Source of the DNA: Asterias rubens
Lineage: Eukaryota
Length of the DNA stretch: 64,000 nucleotides
Assembly: GCF_902459465.1 (NCBI RefSeq)
Contig: NC_047079.1
Span: 4,216,001 to 4,280,000, forward strand
Direction: 5' to 3'
The position numbers were made by a program, and so were the translations under genes. How positions within the stretch are numbered: position 1 is the stretch's first letter; the number at the start of each line of letters is the position of its first letter. Below, one piece after another: positions 23,663-36,912 of the stretch. The notes under the pieces were generated by a model. The model saw only the letters and a program-made list of their open reading frames with translations, did no database searches and was not told the DNA's origin.

Positions 23663-26600
23663 ATGGCGTTCATGAAGAGTGCATTACTCGTGTGTATCAC
23701 GGCGGTCGCCGTACTATACTTGCCGAACCTGTGGACTAAACCTCTACCCGTGCTCATTTCCGGGACTACCGCACCAGGGTTCGAACCCGTACTCCAGCTT
23801 TATCGGTAACACTACTTTTTATGTTTTCACAAAATTTATGTAGGTGGGGGACGGGAGAAAACAACCACTAGAGATATGGTGCCTGTTTTGATTGTTAGAA
23901 CTCAAAATGTTATGAACGTTTACGAAAATCGCTGATTGTACATACAATTTTACAAACGTTTCTCGTGTCCATGGTGTTCAGTCAGACCATCATGTAGAGC
24001 GACATTTTGTTGTACCTCGGTAACAGTTGTGAAGTTTGATTGGTTGAGAACCAATCAAATGATGTGATACAAAAAGTCGAGGTGACTAAGATCAACGTTC
24101 TTGTTTAAAAGTACCCAAGTGTCGAGACTGGGGCTGGAACCAGAAAGTCTAGGCCAGTGCGGTTGACTAATAGACCAGGACGCGCCAACAAATTGACCTT
24201 ACGATCTTCAGGCCAAACACAATATTTGATTGTAAGGTTCTTCATCAAATGGTTCTGATTGGGATTTGAACTCAAGACCCCCGACATTCCAGGCACTGCT
24301 CTCCGAACTCAGAGAGCTATGAGGCAAATAGCAGTTGTTCATCTCGGTGTTGCATGGGTGCGCAACTGGGCATAAGTAACAAACACAATATTTTCTTTGG
24401 TATGGGTGCCTAAAAGGTCGTAGCCAAAAAGAATTAAAATGACGCAGGTGGTATTGCGCACATTAATAGTGTATCCATTATCCGCCGTCTGATTGGGTGT
24501 TTCTAAGGCTCTGATTTTCAAACTCACGGTTTTTTTTTGTCAGGGAGAATTTTGCAAACGGCGTGGAGTACCCGATCGGGGGTTCAGCTTTCTCGGTGTA
24601 CTACAAGGGGTCAAAGGTCGTTGATATATGGGGAGGTTATGCCGACAGTGAAGCACTCCGACCATGGATGGAGAACACAATGGCCGTCGTTTTCTCAACA
24701 ACCAAAGGTGAAAAGAGGCCTGCACTTACATTCAACAAAAATTTCAGTGATTAAGACACTGGACACGTGTGGCAATATTGTCAAATGCCAGTATTTATGG
24801 CAAACTATGTACACACTTCTTCTGGCAGTGCCCTCTGTTAAATCATCCTCTTTCATCCCATGTTTATTTCCCATAGGGGACAGAATGCCTGCGGACAGAA
24901 TTCCCTGGATGGGACACCGCCTATAATGAGACAATATGGTTTCGCAATAGATAATAACGAATGTCAGTCTTTGAAGCATTACCCGCGTAAAACATTGTTG
25001 CATTTTTCAAAATCGATAGAATCCAAATGAAAATTTTTTTTCGATTGTACGGTTGTTCTTGTCATTCAGGAGTCGCTGCCACATGCATGGCTCTCCTTGT
25101 GGACAGAGGACAACTCGACTACGACAGAACCGTCGCATCTTATTGGCCAGAATTTGCACAGGAAGGCAAAGAGAACATCACAGTGCGCATGCTCCTTAAT
25201 CACGAGGTACTTAATCTCGATATTCGGACCTCTGGAGGGGAACGGGAGAAGAGAAAGGGAAGAAATTTGATTGAAATCGAGTGTTTTTACCCTAAAGTAA
25301 GGTACAATACAAGTCAAACAGTAGCATAGACCCTGTGTGTATTATAGGCATTTACTACATGGCGTCAAAATGCACAAATTCCGTGTGGTGATACTGAATG
25401 AACAGACGTAAGAGAAAGTTTTACTATAATTGATCAGTATACGTTATGTATGGTCGCCTTTAACTTCTGTAAATATTTCTGGTCGCCAATGAACTTTTGT
25501 TTATATATTTGGTCGCCTTTAACTGTTGTAAGTCTGGTCACCTTTAACTTTTGTTAATATTCCTTGTTGACTTTAAACTATTGTTATTTCTGGTCGCCTT
25601 TAACCTTTAAGTTGTTTTAATTCGTAAAAATGAATCATATCGTGTTTATAGGCTGGGCTTCCATACACAAGTAAAGTCATCACACAGGAAATACTTGGAG
25701 ACCAAAAAGCCTTGAGTCAGGTATTGGCAGAGAGTCCTCCCGTTTGGGAACCAGGCACCGCCCACGGATATCACACCCTGACGTTTGGTCTCTACGCTAG
25801 CCAGTTACTAAGACGAGCTGATCCAAAACACAGAACGCTGGGGAAGTTCTTCAAGGAAGAAATCGCTGAACCCTTCGGTAATTTATGTGTTTATTTAGCC
25901 AAATGAAAGTGCATGCGTTGTTTTGTCCCCACATTCGTTGGGTTTGGGTGATGCCCCCCCAAACATTAGTTGGGTTGGAGAGCATTCCACGTGAACATGT
26001 CATAATAGTATTTTGTAACGCACATTCACCAACCTTTAACACTTAGCATGAAAGTTGATGATAACAGTAGGCCTACTTTTAATATTGGCTTCTTAAAGCG
26101 TGCATAATAATCGACGTTCAGTGACGCTCAGTGCATGTGTTCCTGATCCTGCAACGTGTAGGGGACTATGTTTGAATTGTGAGACCTAATCCTTAGCACC
26201 ATGCTGTGGCGCAATATGCAGCCAATCAAACTAGGACACTGGGCCGGTGACCCCCTTCTCTTTTCGATAGCTGCACTGTGTTATTTTACGCGCGTTACAC
26301 AACACACGGGACCCACGGCTTTACGTCCCCGCCGAAGGACGCAGCAATAATGGTTGAAGTTTTTTTTGTTCAGGGGACCAAGTGTCACGACTGGGACTCG
26401 AACCCACACTCTGATGAAACAAAAACACCGGAGACTGAGTCCGTAATATCACCTCAGACCAATCAGAACACAGAATCCGTCACTGCGTCTAAAGTTTTAA
26501 CCAATGAAATCAATGAGCCTGTAAGACCGGTGCATTACTTTATTATTGCGGATAGAGACGGGACAGGTCTGTGGGTAACATAGCTTTGTAGTGAGTTAGA

Positions 26601-27809
26601 TTTGTTCTTGATTCCCAACAGGTATCGACTTCTTCATAGGAACACCTTTCGAATCGTTCTACCGAGTGGGGCGTCTTACTGGTGACATCAGTGGTGTAGT
26701 GGCCACACTTCTCAAAGGCATGGGCGATCCACTAAACAGAGAAATCGTGTATGCAATGATCATGGGAACAAATAAAGACCTCGCCACCTCATTTGAAAGA
26801 TTTTCTCTAAACGCGGTAATCATTACGATTTCATTGTTTTCAATATTTCAATTTATGCTTATACTTGGCATGATGATAATTTAGCACCTCGATCCCACAC
26901 CTCGATCGATCCCATGCAATGCGAAAACTGGGGTAAGTATTGTTTCAAGCTTTGCGTGCGACGTGTGGAGAAGATAATGTTGAGTGTATGTATCCTTCAA
27001 AACCGCACGGTGATACAGATTGGCAAGACAGAAGAGAACGTTTTACTATTAATTATTATTTTATGACTGTTCATCTTAAACTTGTAAGTTATTTGTATTG
27101 ACAAAATAAATCATATTCTGTGCCTGATATCAGAGCGATGTGCAGCAAAATTACAGCGAGTGCCTTTTGCTTCAGAAGAATTATTTAAATTTGAAAACTC
27201 AAATTGTATTGTGAAGTTCATGTCACCATCGCGTTATATGTACACTTTTCATTATTCAATTTATCAGATGGAAAACTTCCGACGAGCGGAGGTACTTGCT
27301 CTCGAAAACCCATCAGCTGGAGGTGTGGGAACCGCCCGTGGTATTGCGAAGCTATTCGGCATTTTAGCAAACGGAGGCCAGACTATTAGAGATCAAAGGT
27401 TGCTTTCAGAAGACGTCATCAGTAAATTTATAGGCGAATCGAAAGCGCCCTCTTTGGACAGGACCGTCGGAATACAGACTGCTGTCAACCTCGGATACAC
27501 CATAACGAAAAGTGACGTAAGTTTATGATACTGAAATATATATCGAAAAAATGTATCCCCAGCACTTTTATTGAATAGATACTTTTGACAATAATTAATC
27601 TCATGACGTCATCGTTTCTTTTCTAGGGGGTGGAACAGTTTGGACATCCCGGGTCCGGTGGAATGCAAGGACGTGCTGATCCACAGCGTAAGCTCAGCTT
27701 TGGTTACGTGTCAAGTTATCACTCCCCATTTGGACTAGGGAATGATCCACGGTTTTTGACCCTACAGAAAGCTACATACGAGTGTGTAAAACAAATTGAG
27801 GGGCAGTAG
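23663..27809 (+). CDS. Beta-lactamase domain-containing serine hydrolase 2, ~431 aa
   Basis: Exons 23663-23805, 24544-24707, 25070-25206, 25652-25877, 26622-26815, 27268-27516, 27627-27809 total 1296 nt. Motifs FSTTK, HGYHT and FGHPGSGG; same intron phases as hydrolase 1. Confidence 0.9.
25451..25610. repeat. Degenerate ~27-30-bp minisatellite (about 6 units), hydrolase 2 intron 3
   Basis: Recurrent TGGTCGCCTTTAACT... Confidence 0.8.
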
Positions 27810-28723
27810 CGAAAACGTCATTGAACATTCGATGTACAAATTGTAGTAGTAAACAATATTCGAGGTCAGTCCAGTAAACACAAGTTGACGCGAAAAGGGA
27901 GACGTTGAGGCCACCAAAGTCGCCTTAAAATCTAGCGTCACGAGGCTCGTGAATAACGCCAGACACCAGTCTTGAGCGAATGTCCGAAATGTACCTTTTA
28001 ACTCGCATCCAGTCACCATGGAGATTCACAGTCAAATCCCACGTACATATATACAATAAAACAACCGTACATACATGTAGACAACAACATCACAAACATT
28101 ATGCACGCTGTATGCATACGACCGAAAGTGCAGCCAAACATCGGACCAATCAAAACACAGATATGGAAACCTTACGTCACTGCACGTTTATCCAATGAAA
28201 TCAATGCATCCAATGAAGTCACTGGGTCTGTAAAACCAATGCGGATAAAGACTAGAGACCAGTCTACCATCGAAGTTGAACTGCCTTGGACTTTTGAGAA
28301 TGTTCGAACGCACACACCCTCTTAAAATGTGTACTTCTTTTATACTTATAATTATCACAAGTCATTTTGTTAAAATAAGTCTTGATGTAGGTTTCTTGTA
28401 AACAGTTTTTGTAGAATGACTGACTTTTCGTACAATAAAGAGTTTCAACTACGAAATTTGTGTTTGTTTTTTATTTTAATTATTTTATTTATCAGGTGCA
28501 TAATTCAAGGCTTCAGGCCTGAAGTCTTTTAATTATTTTGTCTGTGAGAAATTACCTCTTTCTCAGGAACTATCTTCTGAGCATGGAGGAAGACGTTGTT
28601 AGGGAACCGTTTCTCACCATGTTTTATACTATCAACAGCTCTCCATTGCTTGTTACCAAGTAATTGTTTATGCTAACAATTATTTTGAATAGTTACCAGT
28701 AGTGTGCATTGCCTTGCCTTTAA

Positions 28724-29055
28724 AGCCATTGGACACTTTCGGTAAAGAGTGTTGTCCAAGGCCCACACTTCGTAAACCACAACTTATCGGTTCAATCGGT
28801 TATCGGAGTCGGGAGAAAATAACGGGAAAACCCACTCTTGTTTCCCCACGTTTCGCCGTGTCATGACATGTGTTTAAAATAAATCCGTAATTCTCGCTGT
28901 CGAGAATTGATATTGTTTTTATGTTTTCTCAAAAAGTAAAGCATTTCATGGAATAATATTTCAAGATAAGTCTTTCACCATTACCTTCTGTAAACCCTGT
29001 AAGTTTTTTTGTATATCTGTGAACTTTTGTTCTGTTCAAAAACTGACCAAAGGCT
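28724..29055. mobile_element. TTAA-target MITE, family C
   Basis: AGCCATTGGACACTTTC...TGACCAAAGGCT with TTAA flanks. It abuts a family A fragment; a reverse copy lies at 59574-59950. Confidence 0.75.
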
Positions 29056-29337
29056 TTAATTGTAAGTGAGGTGGAACAACGTTTCTTCATCATGTAACGT
29101 ACCACAGACCTTTGTTAGGCTTCGGGGTTTGGGTTCAAAAACATTCAATGTATTTACTGATGATCATTGTTCATTCGTGTAAATGTATATTGAACCGTAA
29201 TGCAAGGTCATTTTCCATTATCGATGTACTTGTAGTTGGTGATCAAAATAGTGTTCGTAAAGAGTGATGTGATTATGCTGGTGTATGCCTGATCCCATAA
29301 GCATAATATTTACAATTACTTAACAATACAATCTAAG

Positions 29338-30272
29338 TTCAACCATTCATTAACTCAACGCCCAAACTCTTGGACTCTGATCTGATGGAATTCATATATT
29401 ACCATGGAGGACATCCATGCTGATGATACCATGTAAATTGCATAATGTATTATAATTATTCAGTTTATACAGTGCAACCCTAGCCCCCACTGTGCTCTGT
29501 CCAAAACCATTCAGTAAATCACACCCAACTTCTTGGACTCGGCTGTGCCGGGTCCCATGTTAGAGGCAGTGGACACTATTGGTAACTACTCAAAATAATG
29601 ATCAACATAAGACCTCACTTGGTAACGAGTAATGGGGAGAGGTTGATAGTATAATACATTGTGAGAAACGGCTCCCTCTGAAGTGACGTAGTTTTCGAGA
29701 AAGAAGTAATTTTCCACGAATTTGATTTCGAGACCTCATAGTTTACTAGAACTTGAGGTCTCGAAATCAAGCATCTGAAAGCACACAACTTTGTGTGACA
29801 AGAGTGTTTTTTAATTCATTCATATCTCGCAATATCGACGACCAATTGAGCTCAAATTTTCACAGGTTTGTTATTGTATGCATATGTGTAGATACACCAA
29901 GTGAGCAGACTGGTCTTTGACAATTGCCAATAGTGTCACTTTATCATCACAGTGCAATCATCAGTCCAACAACACCATTCATCAACTCAACACCCAAACT
30001 CTTGGACTTCAGTGGTATACCATGTAAATTGCAAAATATTATAGCATCCTTAGTCCAACACCATTCAGTAACTCAACACCCAAGCTCTTCCAGTGATTTT
30101 TATTCTTAACACCATGTAAATTGCATAATAGTACAATCAGTTTACATTGCAATCCTGAGTCCAACACCATTCATTATATTAACTCAACACCAAAACTCTT
30201 AGACTCTCTGGTGGTATTCCTGATACAGTTTACAAGTGCAACCCTCAGTCCAACACCATTCAGTAAATCAAC
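29338..30272. repeat. Degenerate minisatellite upstream of hydrolase 3
   Basis: About 6 recurrences of (AGT)CCAACACCATTCA.TAACTCAACACCCAAACTCTTGGACT and ACCATGTAAATTGCA, interrupted by a MITE. Confidence 0.75.
29564..29941. mobile_element. MITE family A copy inserted in a minisatellite
   Basis: Left TIR intact, right TIR eroded. Confidence 0.8.
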
Positions 30273-30583
30273 GAGAAAACTGTTTAACTCGAAAGTGTAA
30301 TGTTCATCGCATTATCATTGCACATTTCTTTTTGATTTCATTGCGGGGGGGGGGGCAAAAGGGCTTCCCCTGAAATGTTACGTCACCGTTGACTCACACA
30401 GGTGTTGCTATAAAGGAACATGGGTTTACTGTAAGCTTGCCTGCTGCTGTGTTTGTACATACATCCGCGTGACTGTTGCACAATATAAAAGCACGCATTG
30501 ATTATTGAACCGTACAGCAGAGATCGGGCATCGCTATACGGCTGTCATTATATCGATAACTAATGAACCAGTTGGTGATCAAA

Positions 30584-33500
30584 ATGGCGTTCATGAAGAG
30601 TGCATTACTCGTGTGTATCACGGCGGTCGCCGTGCTGTACTTGCCCAACCTGTGGACTAAACCTCTACCCTTGCTCATTTCGGGGACTACCGCGCCAGGA
30701 TTCGAACAAGTCCTTCAGCTTTATCGGTAAACAACGCTCATTATTTATGTAATAAATAATAAGTAATTTTGTTCAAAGGTGAGAAAACGTCATCGCCTGC
30801 TTGGATTGCCAAAATCGAAATATAGCTTTTATGAGAACATGTGAAAATCTCCAATGATGCACATTATCTGTCAAGTTTTCACTGAATAATAATTATTTTA
30901 AAAACCATGGAGAAAGGAAACCATGGTTAAATCATGTTGGTTGGCATAGAGCAAAAAAACATGGCGGTTGCTTGTGTTCAGCGTGCGCGAAACAGTTTTT
31001 AAAAAAAGTCAGCCCTATTAAAAACAATATAAGTTGCCGTATTGCCACATCCATGGCACATGCGCTGACTCATGGGTAACTTCTTTGGCTCGGTTTTTCG
31101 AACTCACTGTTTTTTTTTTTCAGGGAGAATTTTGCAAACGGCGTGGAGTACCCGATCGGGGGTTCAGCTTTCTCGGTGTACTACAAGGGGTCAAAGGTCG
31201 TTGATATATGGGGAGGTTACGCCGACAGTGAAGCACTCCGACCATGGATGGAGAACACAATGGCCGTAGTTTTCTCAACAACCAAAGGTGAAGAGACTAT
31301 TCCATGAAAACCTCCATGATTTTATCATTCAATGCACGATAAGTCTGTGCTGCACAGGACAGGTAAATTGACTTCAACTACTCGTTACAAAATGTTGAGT
31401 TTTGCCTTGTCATCGTTTTATGCAAATTAATAATCAGTGCATGATTGGATCAAGCTCAAAGTAGATCTAATATGATGAAGGGATTAGTGATTGGAATCAA
31501 TGAGATATTTTAGCACGGGCATATACATAATTATCTGTCATAACTTCGTTGGAGATTTGCAAACACACTCCCTACAAAAACTAAATGGCATGCCCATGTG
31601 AAGCTTTCTGATGCAGCATTGACCCAAATTAACTCATAAAAACTCCGCTTGGGTTAAATGGGGGTAGCTACCTCCATGGGTTAACTTATTAGGGTCACAT
31701 TAATAATTGCATGGTTCTATGAAAAGCGTTTGAAACCGTTCGTAATATATAATGCATAGAAAGATGTTTTAAAAGTATAACATAGTGTGATCCACACATA
31801 TGCCTCGAAATTGCGTGGTTTTCCTTTTACTTTGCGAACTAACACGGTAGACCAATGGAGCCAAAACTTTGAACCCGTGCGATGCTATCATTGGCCGGGA
31901 GTTATTTGCAATGCGTGCACATCAAATGTTTGTCATCAAATTATGGCGGTTGGTGACGCTATGTGCAATCCACCTTCATCAGAAGCACTTCCATGTGCTC
32001 GTTATTTTTGTTTCTTTCAAACTCGTTTTTATAAAACGGGCCTGGAGTTTCCTCAACTGATTTTCTCTCTTTTTGTTTGTCATACAGGAGTCGCTGCCAC
32101 ATGCATGGCTCTCCTTGTGGACAGAGGACAACTCGACTACGACAGAACCGTCGCATCTTATTGGCCAGAATTTGCCCAGGAAGGCAAAGAAAACATCACT
32201 GTGCGCATGCTTCTTGGTCACGAGGTACAAAATGAGACTTTTGAGACGCTGGCGGCAGCAGACAATACGGCCCATGAGACCTTATCGCAAATACCAATGC
32301 GCAAGCGCAGACTGTTGAATGAGGTGCATTGTGGGATAGATATGAATCAAATTTGGATACCAGCTAGACCACAATGCACCTAATTCCAAGCTTTACGCGC
32401 GCGCCCCGGTATTTGCGAAAAGGTCTTTGCGGCTCTGAGCGTGCGCATGCTCAGTACTGCGCGCGTAGGTCTGAGCACGTGGAATATCCGTGAAAAAGGA
32501 TCGTCTAAAAATCTCCCGTTATCGTGGGTTGAGCCACTGTTGGGGCACCAAATGCAGGAAAACATGGCAAATTTATTATTATTATGTTTGCAAAATCGTC
32601 GATTTGCCAGTGTGCTGATCTATTGTACGAAATAATGTAACTGCATGGGTTGTGTTCGCCCCCCCCCCCCCAACAGCAGTTCAAATCATTCAAACTCAAA
32701 TGTAGTTCCATACTTCATGAAAAGAGTACCATAACAAATATAACAATAATTAATAAAGAAATAACAAATAAACAAGGCTATTTTACAAGACAGGGAATAT
32801 ATTAATTGAGTACGGAGGCATCATCAGGAAGCCGAGGCCTGTGTTGAGACTGCCCGAGGACAGACAGACATTGACATAACTCATTTACTGAACGTACGGA
32901 CGAACAATTAGAACATAAAAGAAAATGATTCAGACAACAGTTCTTGAAGGCCTACAACGTGTGGACTTGCATTCACCATAAAACGTCAAATTGCTCATTG
33001 GAATGGCGTAGTACAGGTATCCTTCAAACCCGGATGGTATATTGAATGGACAGAGTGGAGACTGATTTACTTAAATTGACAACTCTGTTAGATTTTAACT
33101 CAACAAAATCTTATCATGTCAGGGTGGGCTTTCATATACGACTAGAGACATCACAGAGGAGTTACTTGGAGACCAAGAAGCCTTGAGTCAGGTTCTAGCA
33201 GAGAGTCCCCCCATTTGGGAACCAGGCACCGCCCACGGATACCACGCCCTGACGTTCGGTCTCTACGCTAGCCAGTTACTAAGACGAGCTGATCCAAAAC
33301 ACAGAACGCTGGGGAAGTTCTTCAAGGAAGAAATCGCTGAACCCTTCGGTAAATGTGGAGCTTTTTTGTTATTTGGGAACAGTGGGAAATTAGTATTGCC
33401 TTGAACTTTCACTTAAAGGGTCTATGTACCTTTGGTAAGACACAAAACAGAATGTCCACCGATTTACATTTAACTTGAAGATTAACTGTAGAAAGCTTCC

Positions 33501-35041
33501 CTTAAAATATAACTTGATTGGGTGCTGTAGTTTTTTAGATGCCCTTGAGAATTCCAGGGTAGGCAAGAGAAGAGTAGTCTTGGTTCTGGACGCTCCTGTT
33601 AATAATTATCTCTTTACTCGTGCGGCTAATTTCCATTGCTGATTCGAGGTACTCGAAAATATAAATAATAAACTGCATTCAAAAATAAAGATGGCACTAA
33701 CAGGCTTTCGTACTGACGTCACTACACGTGTATCCAATGAAACCAGTGGGCGTGCAAGACCAGTGCATGTCTTTATCCTTCGGGACTAGTCTATGGGTAA
33801 ATAGCTTTCCATCGAGTAAGACTTGTTCTTGATTCCCAACAGGTATCGACTTCTTCATCGGAACACCTTTCGAATCGTTCTACCGAGTGGGGCGTCTTAC
33901 TGGTGACATCAGTGGTATATGGTCGACACTTATCAAAGGTCTTGTCGATCCAATGAACAGAGAAATGTTGGTATCAATGGTAACAGGAAAAAACAAAGAC
34001 ATCTTCACAGTATTGGAAAGATATCCACTAGTAGCGGTAACTATACGTTTACATTATTATTGGAAGTTTCACAATGATTTTTCTTATCATTTTTTTAAAT
34101 ATATTTTTTTTAAGACCCGGCATTTATATCTTTGACCTAACCAGGCATACGGTAATTAATAAATAGGTCTCAATTAACTCAACGTTTTATTGCACTCAAT
34201 AGTTTAAAAGATGTGTTAAAACAAAAATCATTAGAAACTTTCAAGAACGGTCAGGAAGGGGATTCCAACCACGTTAAAGGAAAGTATACCTGTCGAAGAT
34301 CTGGGGTATTCTCCGTTTTCGTTAAGTTCCCTTTTTTTCGCCTGCTCCCCACAGTTCCTATGAATTCACGGGCCGTTACAAAAAAAAAAAAAATTGCGCT
34401 TTACGAGAAATGCTTTGATTTGAAAAATATGATGTCACCACCATTTGTTTCAGTGATACTGTATTTCATCATTCAACATTGATCTGATTTTTTTTTTTTT
34501 CAGTTGAAAAACTACCGACGGGCGGAGGTACTTGCTCTAGAACAGCCATCGGCCACAGGTGTGGGAACCGCCCGTGCTGTTGCGAAGCTGTACGGCGTTT
34601 TAGCAAACGGAGGCCAGACTATCGAAGGTCAAAGGTTACTCTCAGAAGACATCATCAGTAAATTTATAGGGGAATCAAAAGCGCCCTCCTTTGACAGGTC
34701 CATTGGACTGGAGACTTCTTTCAACCTCGGATACGAAATAACAAAGATTGGCGTAAGTTTACGGCTCTGAAAACTGTGTTATTCAATAATTATTTGGAAA
34801 AAACCCATAAAGTTACAAAAATAAGATCTTTATGATGACGTCATCGTTTCTTTTCCAGGGGGTGGAACAGTTTGGACATCCCGGGTCCGGTGGAATGCAA
34901 GGACGTGCTGATCCACAGCGTAAGCTCAGCTTTGGTTACGTGTCAAGTTATCACTCCCCGTTTGGAATAGGGAATGACCCCCGGTTTTCGACCCTGCAGA
35001 AAGCTACATACGAGTGCCTTAATAAATTAGAGGGTCAGTAG
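30584..35041 (+). CDS. Beta-lactamase domain-containing serine hydrolase 3, ~431 aa
   Basis: Exons 30584-30726, 31124-31287, 32088-32224, 33123-33348, 33843-34036, 34504-34752, 34859-35041 total 1296 nt. Motifs FSTTK, HGYHA and FGHPGSGG; close paralog of hydrolase 2. Confidence 0.9.
32277..32426. mobile_element. 150-bp MITE; near-identical reverse copy at 61367-61516
   Basis: TIR AGACCTT(A/T)TCGCAAATACC; the two copies differ at only a few positions. Confidence 0.8.
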
Positions 35042-36806
35042 GGAACTGCATTGGATATTTTAGCCACATACGGTAGTAAAAAATCAACAATTTTCGAGGC
35101 CAGCCCGTAGCAACTTTTTTTTTGCGGGAGAGAGATACTAAATTTTAGCTGTGCCGAACTCTTGGGAAAGTTCGACTGCATACGTCGCTGACGTCATCGA
35201 TGAATGAATAGCTTTATGGTTTCGAACTTTTATCTTATATCTTAGTGTAAAAGAGTGAATATTTCACTCTCTTGGTCACAAGTGGTGTCTTTCGCTCTTT
35301 ATGTGAGTGAAATTCAATCTGTGTCACTCTTTTTGAGTGAAATTAGAACGAACTTCATTATTTTTATCTAAAATCGTCGTCTGCCATATTAATGGCTCTT
35401 TGCAAGAAGAGTGTATGGCGGACAAAACGAGTGGTTTCTCAATATATCTCATGAAGAGAGATACGATAGCATTTTTTTCAAAGGAATAGTAAGAACTTTT
35501 GGTGTTCAGACAGCTTTGTGGGTTGCTTGTCTGTGTACTAACATCCCCGCCATTTTGTATGCAGGCCATGCCTTACTAACAACTATTTCAAAAGTAACGG
35601 CAACACTACAAATCTTCACATTTTCTAAGTTGTTCGTCTGAACTATTACTATTTATAGTGTTTATAACATCATTGATAATATAGCTTCATATTGTTTTTT
35701 GTTCAAATATAACTGCTATGTCTTTACTTTTGATAGGAAAAAAGTGACATTTCTTAATGTTATAGGTTTCGTTTTTAATAGTTTACCAAGAAAAGCTGGC
35801 ATTTATTATTTTAATAAGAACGTTATTGAAGGATTACTCAAGAGTTTGTTTGCATTGTTTCCCTTCATTTTGGAAGTTTTAATTTATCTGCAGTTTTATG
35901 GGTTTTTTGCATTGTTTTTCTTCATTTTGGCAGTGTTAATTTATCTGCAGTTTTAAACTCTAAATGTAAGAGTGAAAAGCACCAGTATTTACATTTCGAG
36001 TTGTCCCTCAATCAAATGGCTCTTTAAAAAGAGTGGTGGTTATTTCACTCTTTTAGAGGGGGTTCTTCAAAAATCTAAAAGAGTGGAAGACCACTCGAAA
36101 AAGAGTTGTCCCTCATTATGGCTCTTCAAAGAGTGCCTTTTACTTCTATGCATTTGTAGCAGTATCCGGAGGCCGCTATTACAGTTGCTACCAAAACGCA
36201 TGTACATACATGCAAAACTACGACAGCCAGATACCAGGCAAAATCAATCAAAGCGGAAAATTTGCTGTATAACAATAACGTAGCTTTTATTTGTGATAAT
36301 TTTGTTTGTGAGTGAGAAGCACGTGGAACCTCTCGACAGCTGTTTTAAAAGGATACCCATGTTCCAATCTTCTATTTTTCGGAATTTAATGAAACAGCAG
36401 TACACAAAATGGTTTAATTTGGCCGCCACAGCGCTACCTTTATTTTCTTCAACAAAACCGGACCAAAATGAATACAGTGCAACCAATTTGTTGTCCCCTT
36501 GAACATTTTTTTAAGAGACTACACGAGGGTTAACTTTGACTTTGCTATGGCTCTGACGGCCACAGTTTCAAATCAATGGACACGGCATAGACAGAGCCCG
36601 ATCAGAGGAGAATGTCCAGTTACCATTATAGTCTGGTTCCTAATGTTCAAATTAGATTGAATCAACACAAGTGATCGCACTGGGATAACGGCCCGTATAC
36701 AACAAACATTTTTAGAAGGCACTTGCTTATTAGTGAGAATTGCACAAAACTCATTGAATATTTCTAAAATTTCCAAAAGAAAGCGACAAAATGGGCTTAA
36801 ACTTTG

Positions 36807-36810
<4 letters not shown>

Positions 36811-36850
<40 letters not shown>
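36811..36850. repeat. (CT)20 microsatellite
   Basis: Direct reading. Confidence 0.95.
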
Positions 36851-36851
<1 letters not shown>

Positions 36852-36912
36852 AAAAGAAAAGCAGATTTACACTGAATGTTTTTTATGGCGGTATACAGCC
36901 TACATCCTTTAA

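Noticed and set aside
23650-23666. CTGCAGGTCGACCATGG resembling a cloning polylinker
   Set aside because: Only 12 nt match a vector-like PstI-SalI junction, it is continuous with the native ATG, and no other vector sequence is present.
23113-30272. CRISPR-like arrays
   Set aside because: The units are directly adjacent degenerate repeats with no unique spacers or cas genes, in a eukaryotic context.
17089-35041. Bacterial contamination or recent horizontal transfer of beta-lactamases
   Set aside because: All three genes have six phase-conserved spliceosomal introns filled with host repeats; the family is known in animals (for example nematode lact genes).
35245-36283. ORFs at 35324-36283 downstream of hydrolase 3
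   Set aside because: They lie in a repeat rich in AAAGAGTG/CACTCTTT subterminal-type motifs, with no transposase or other protein signature.
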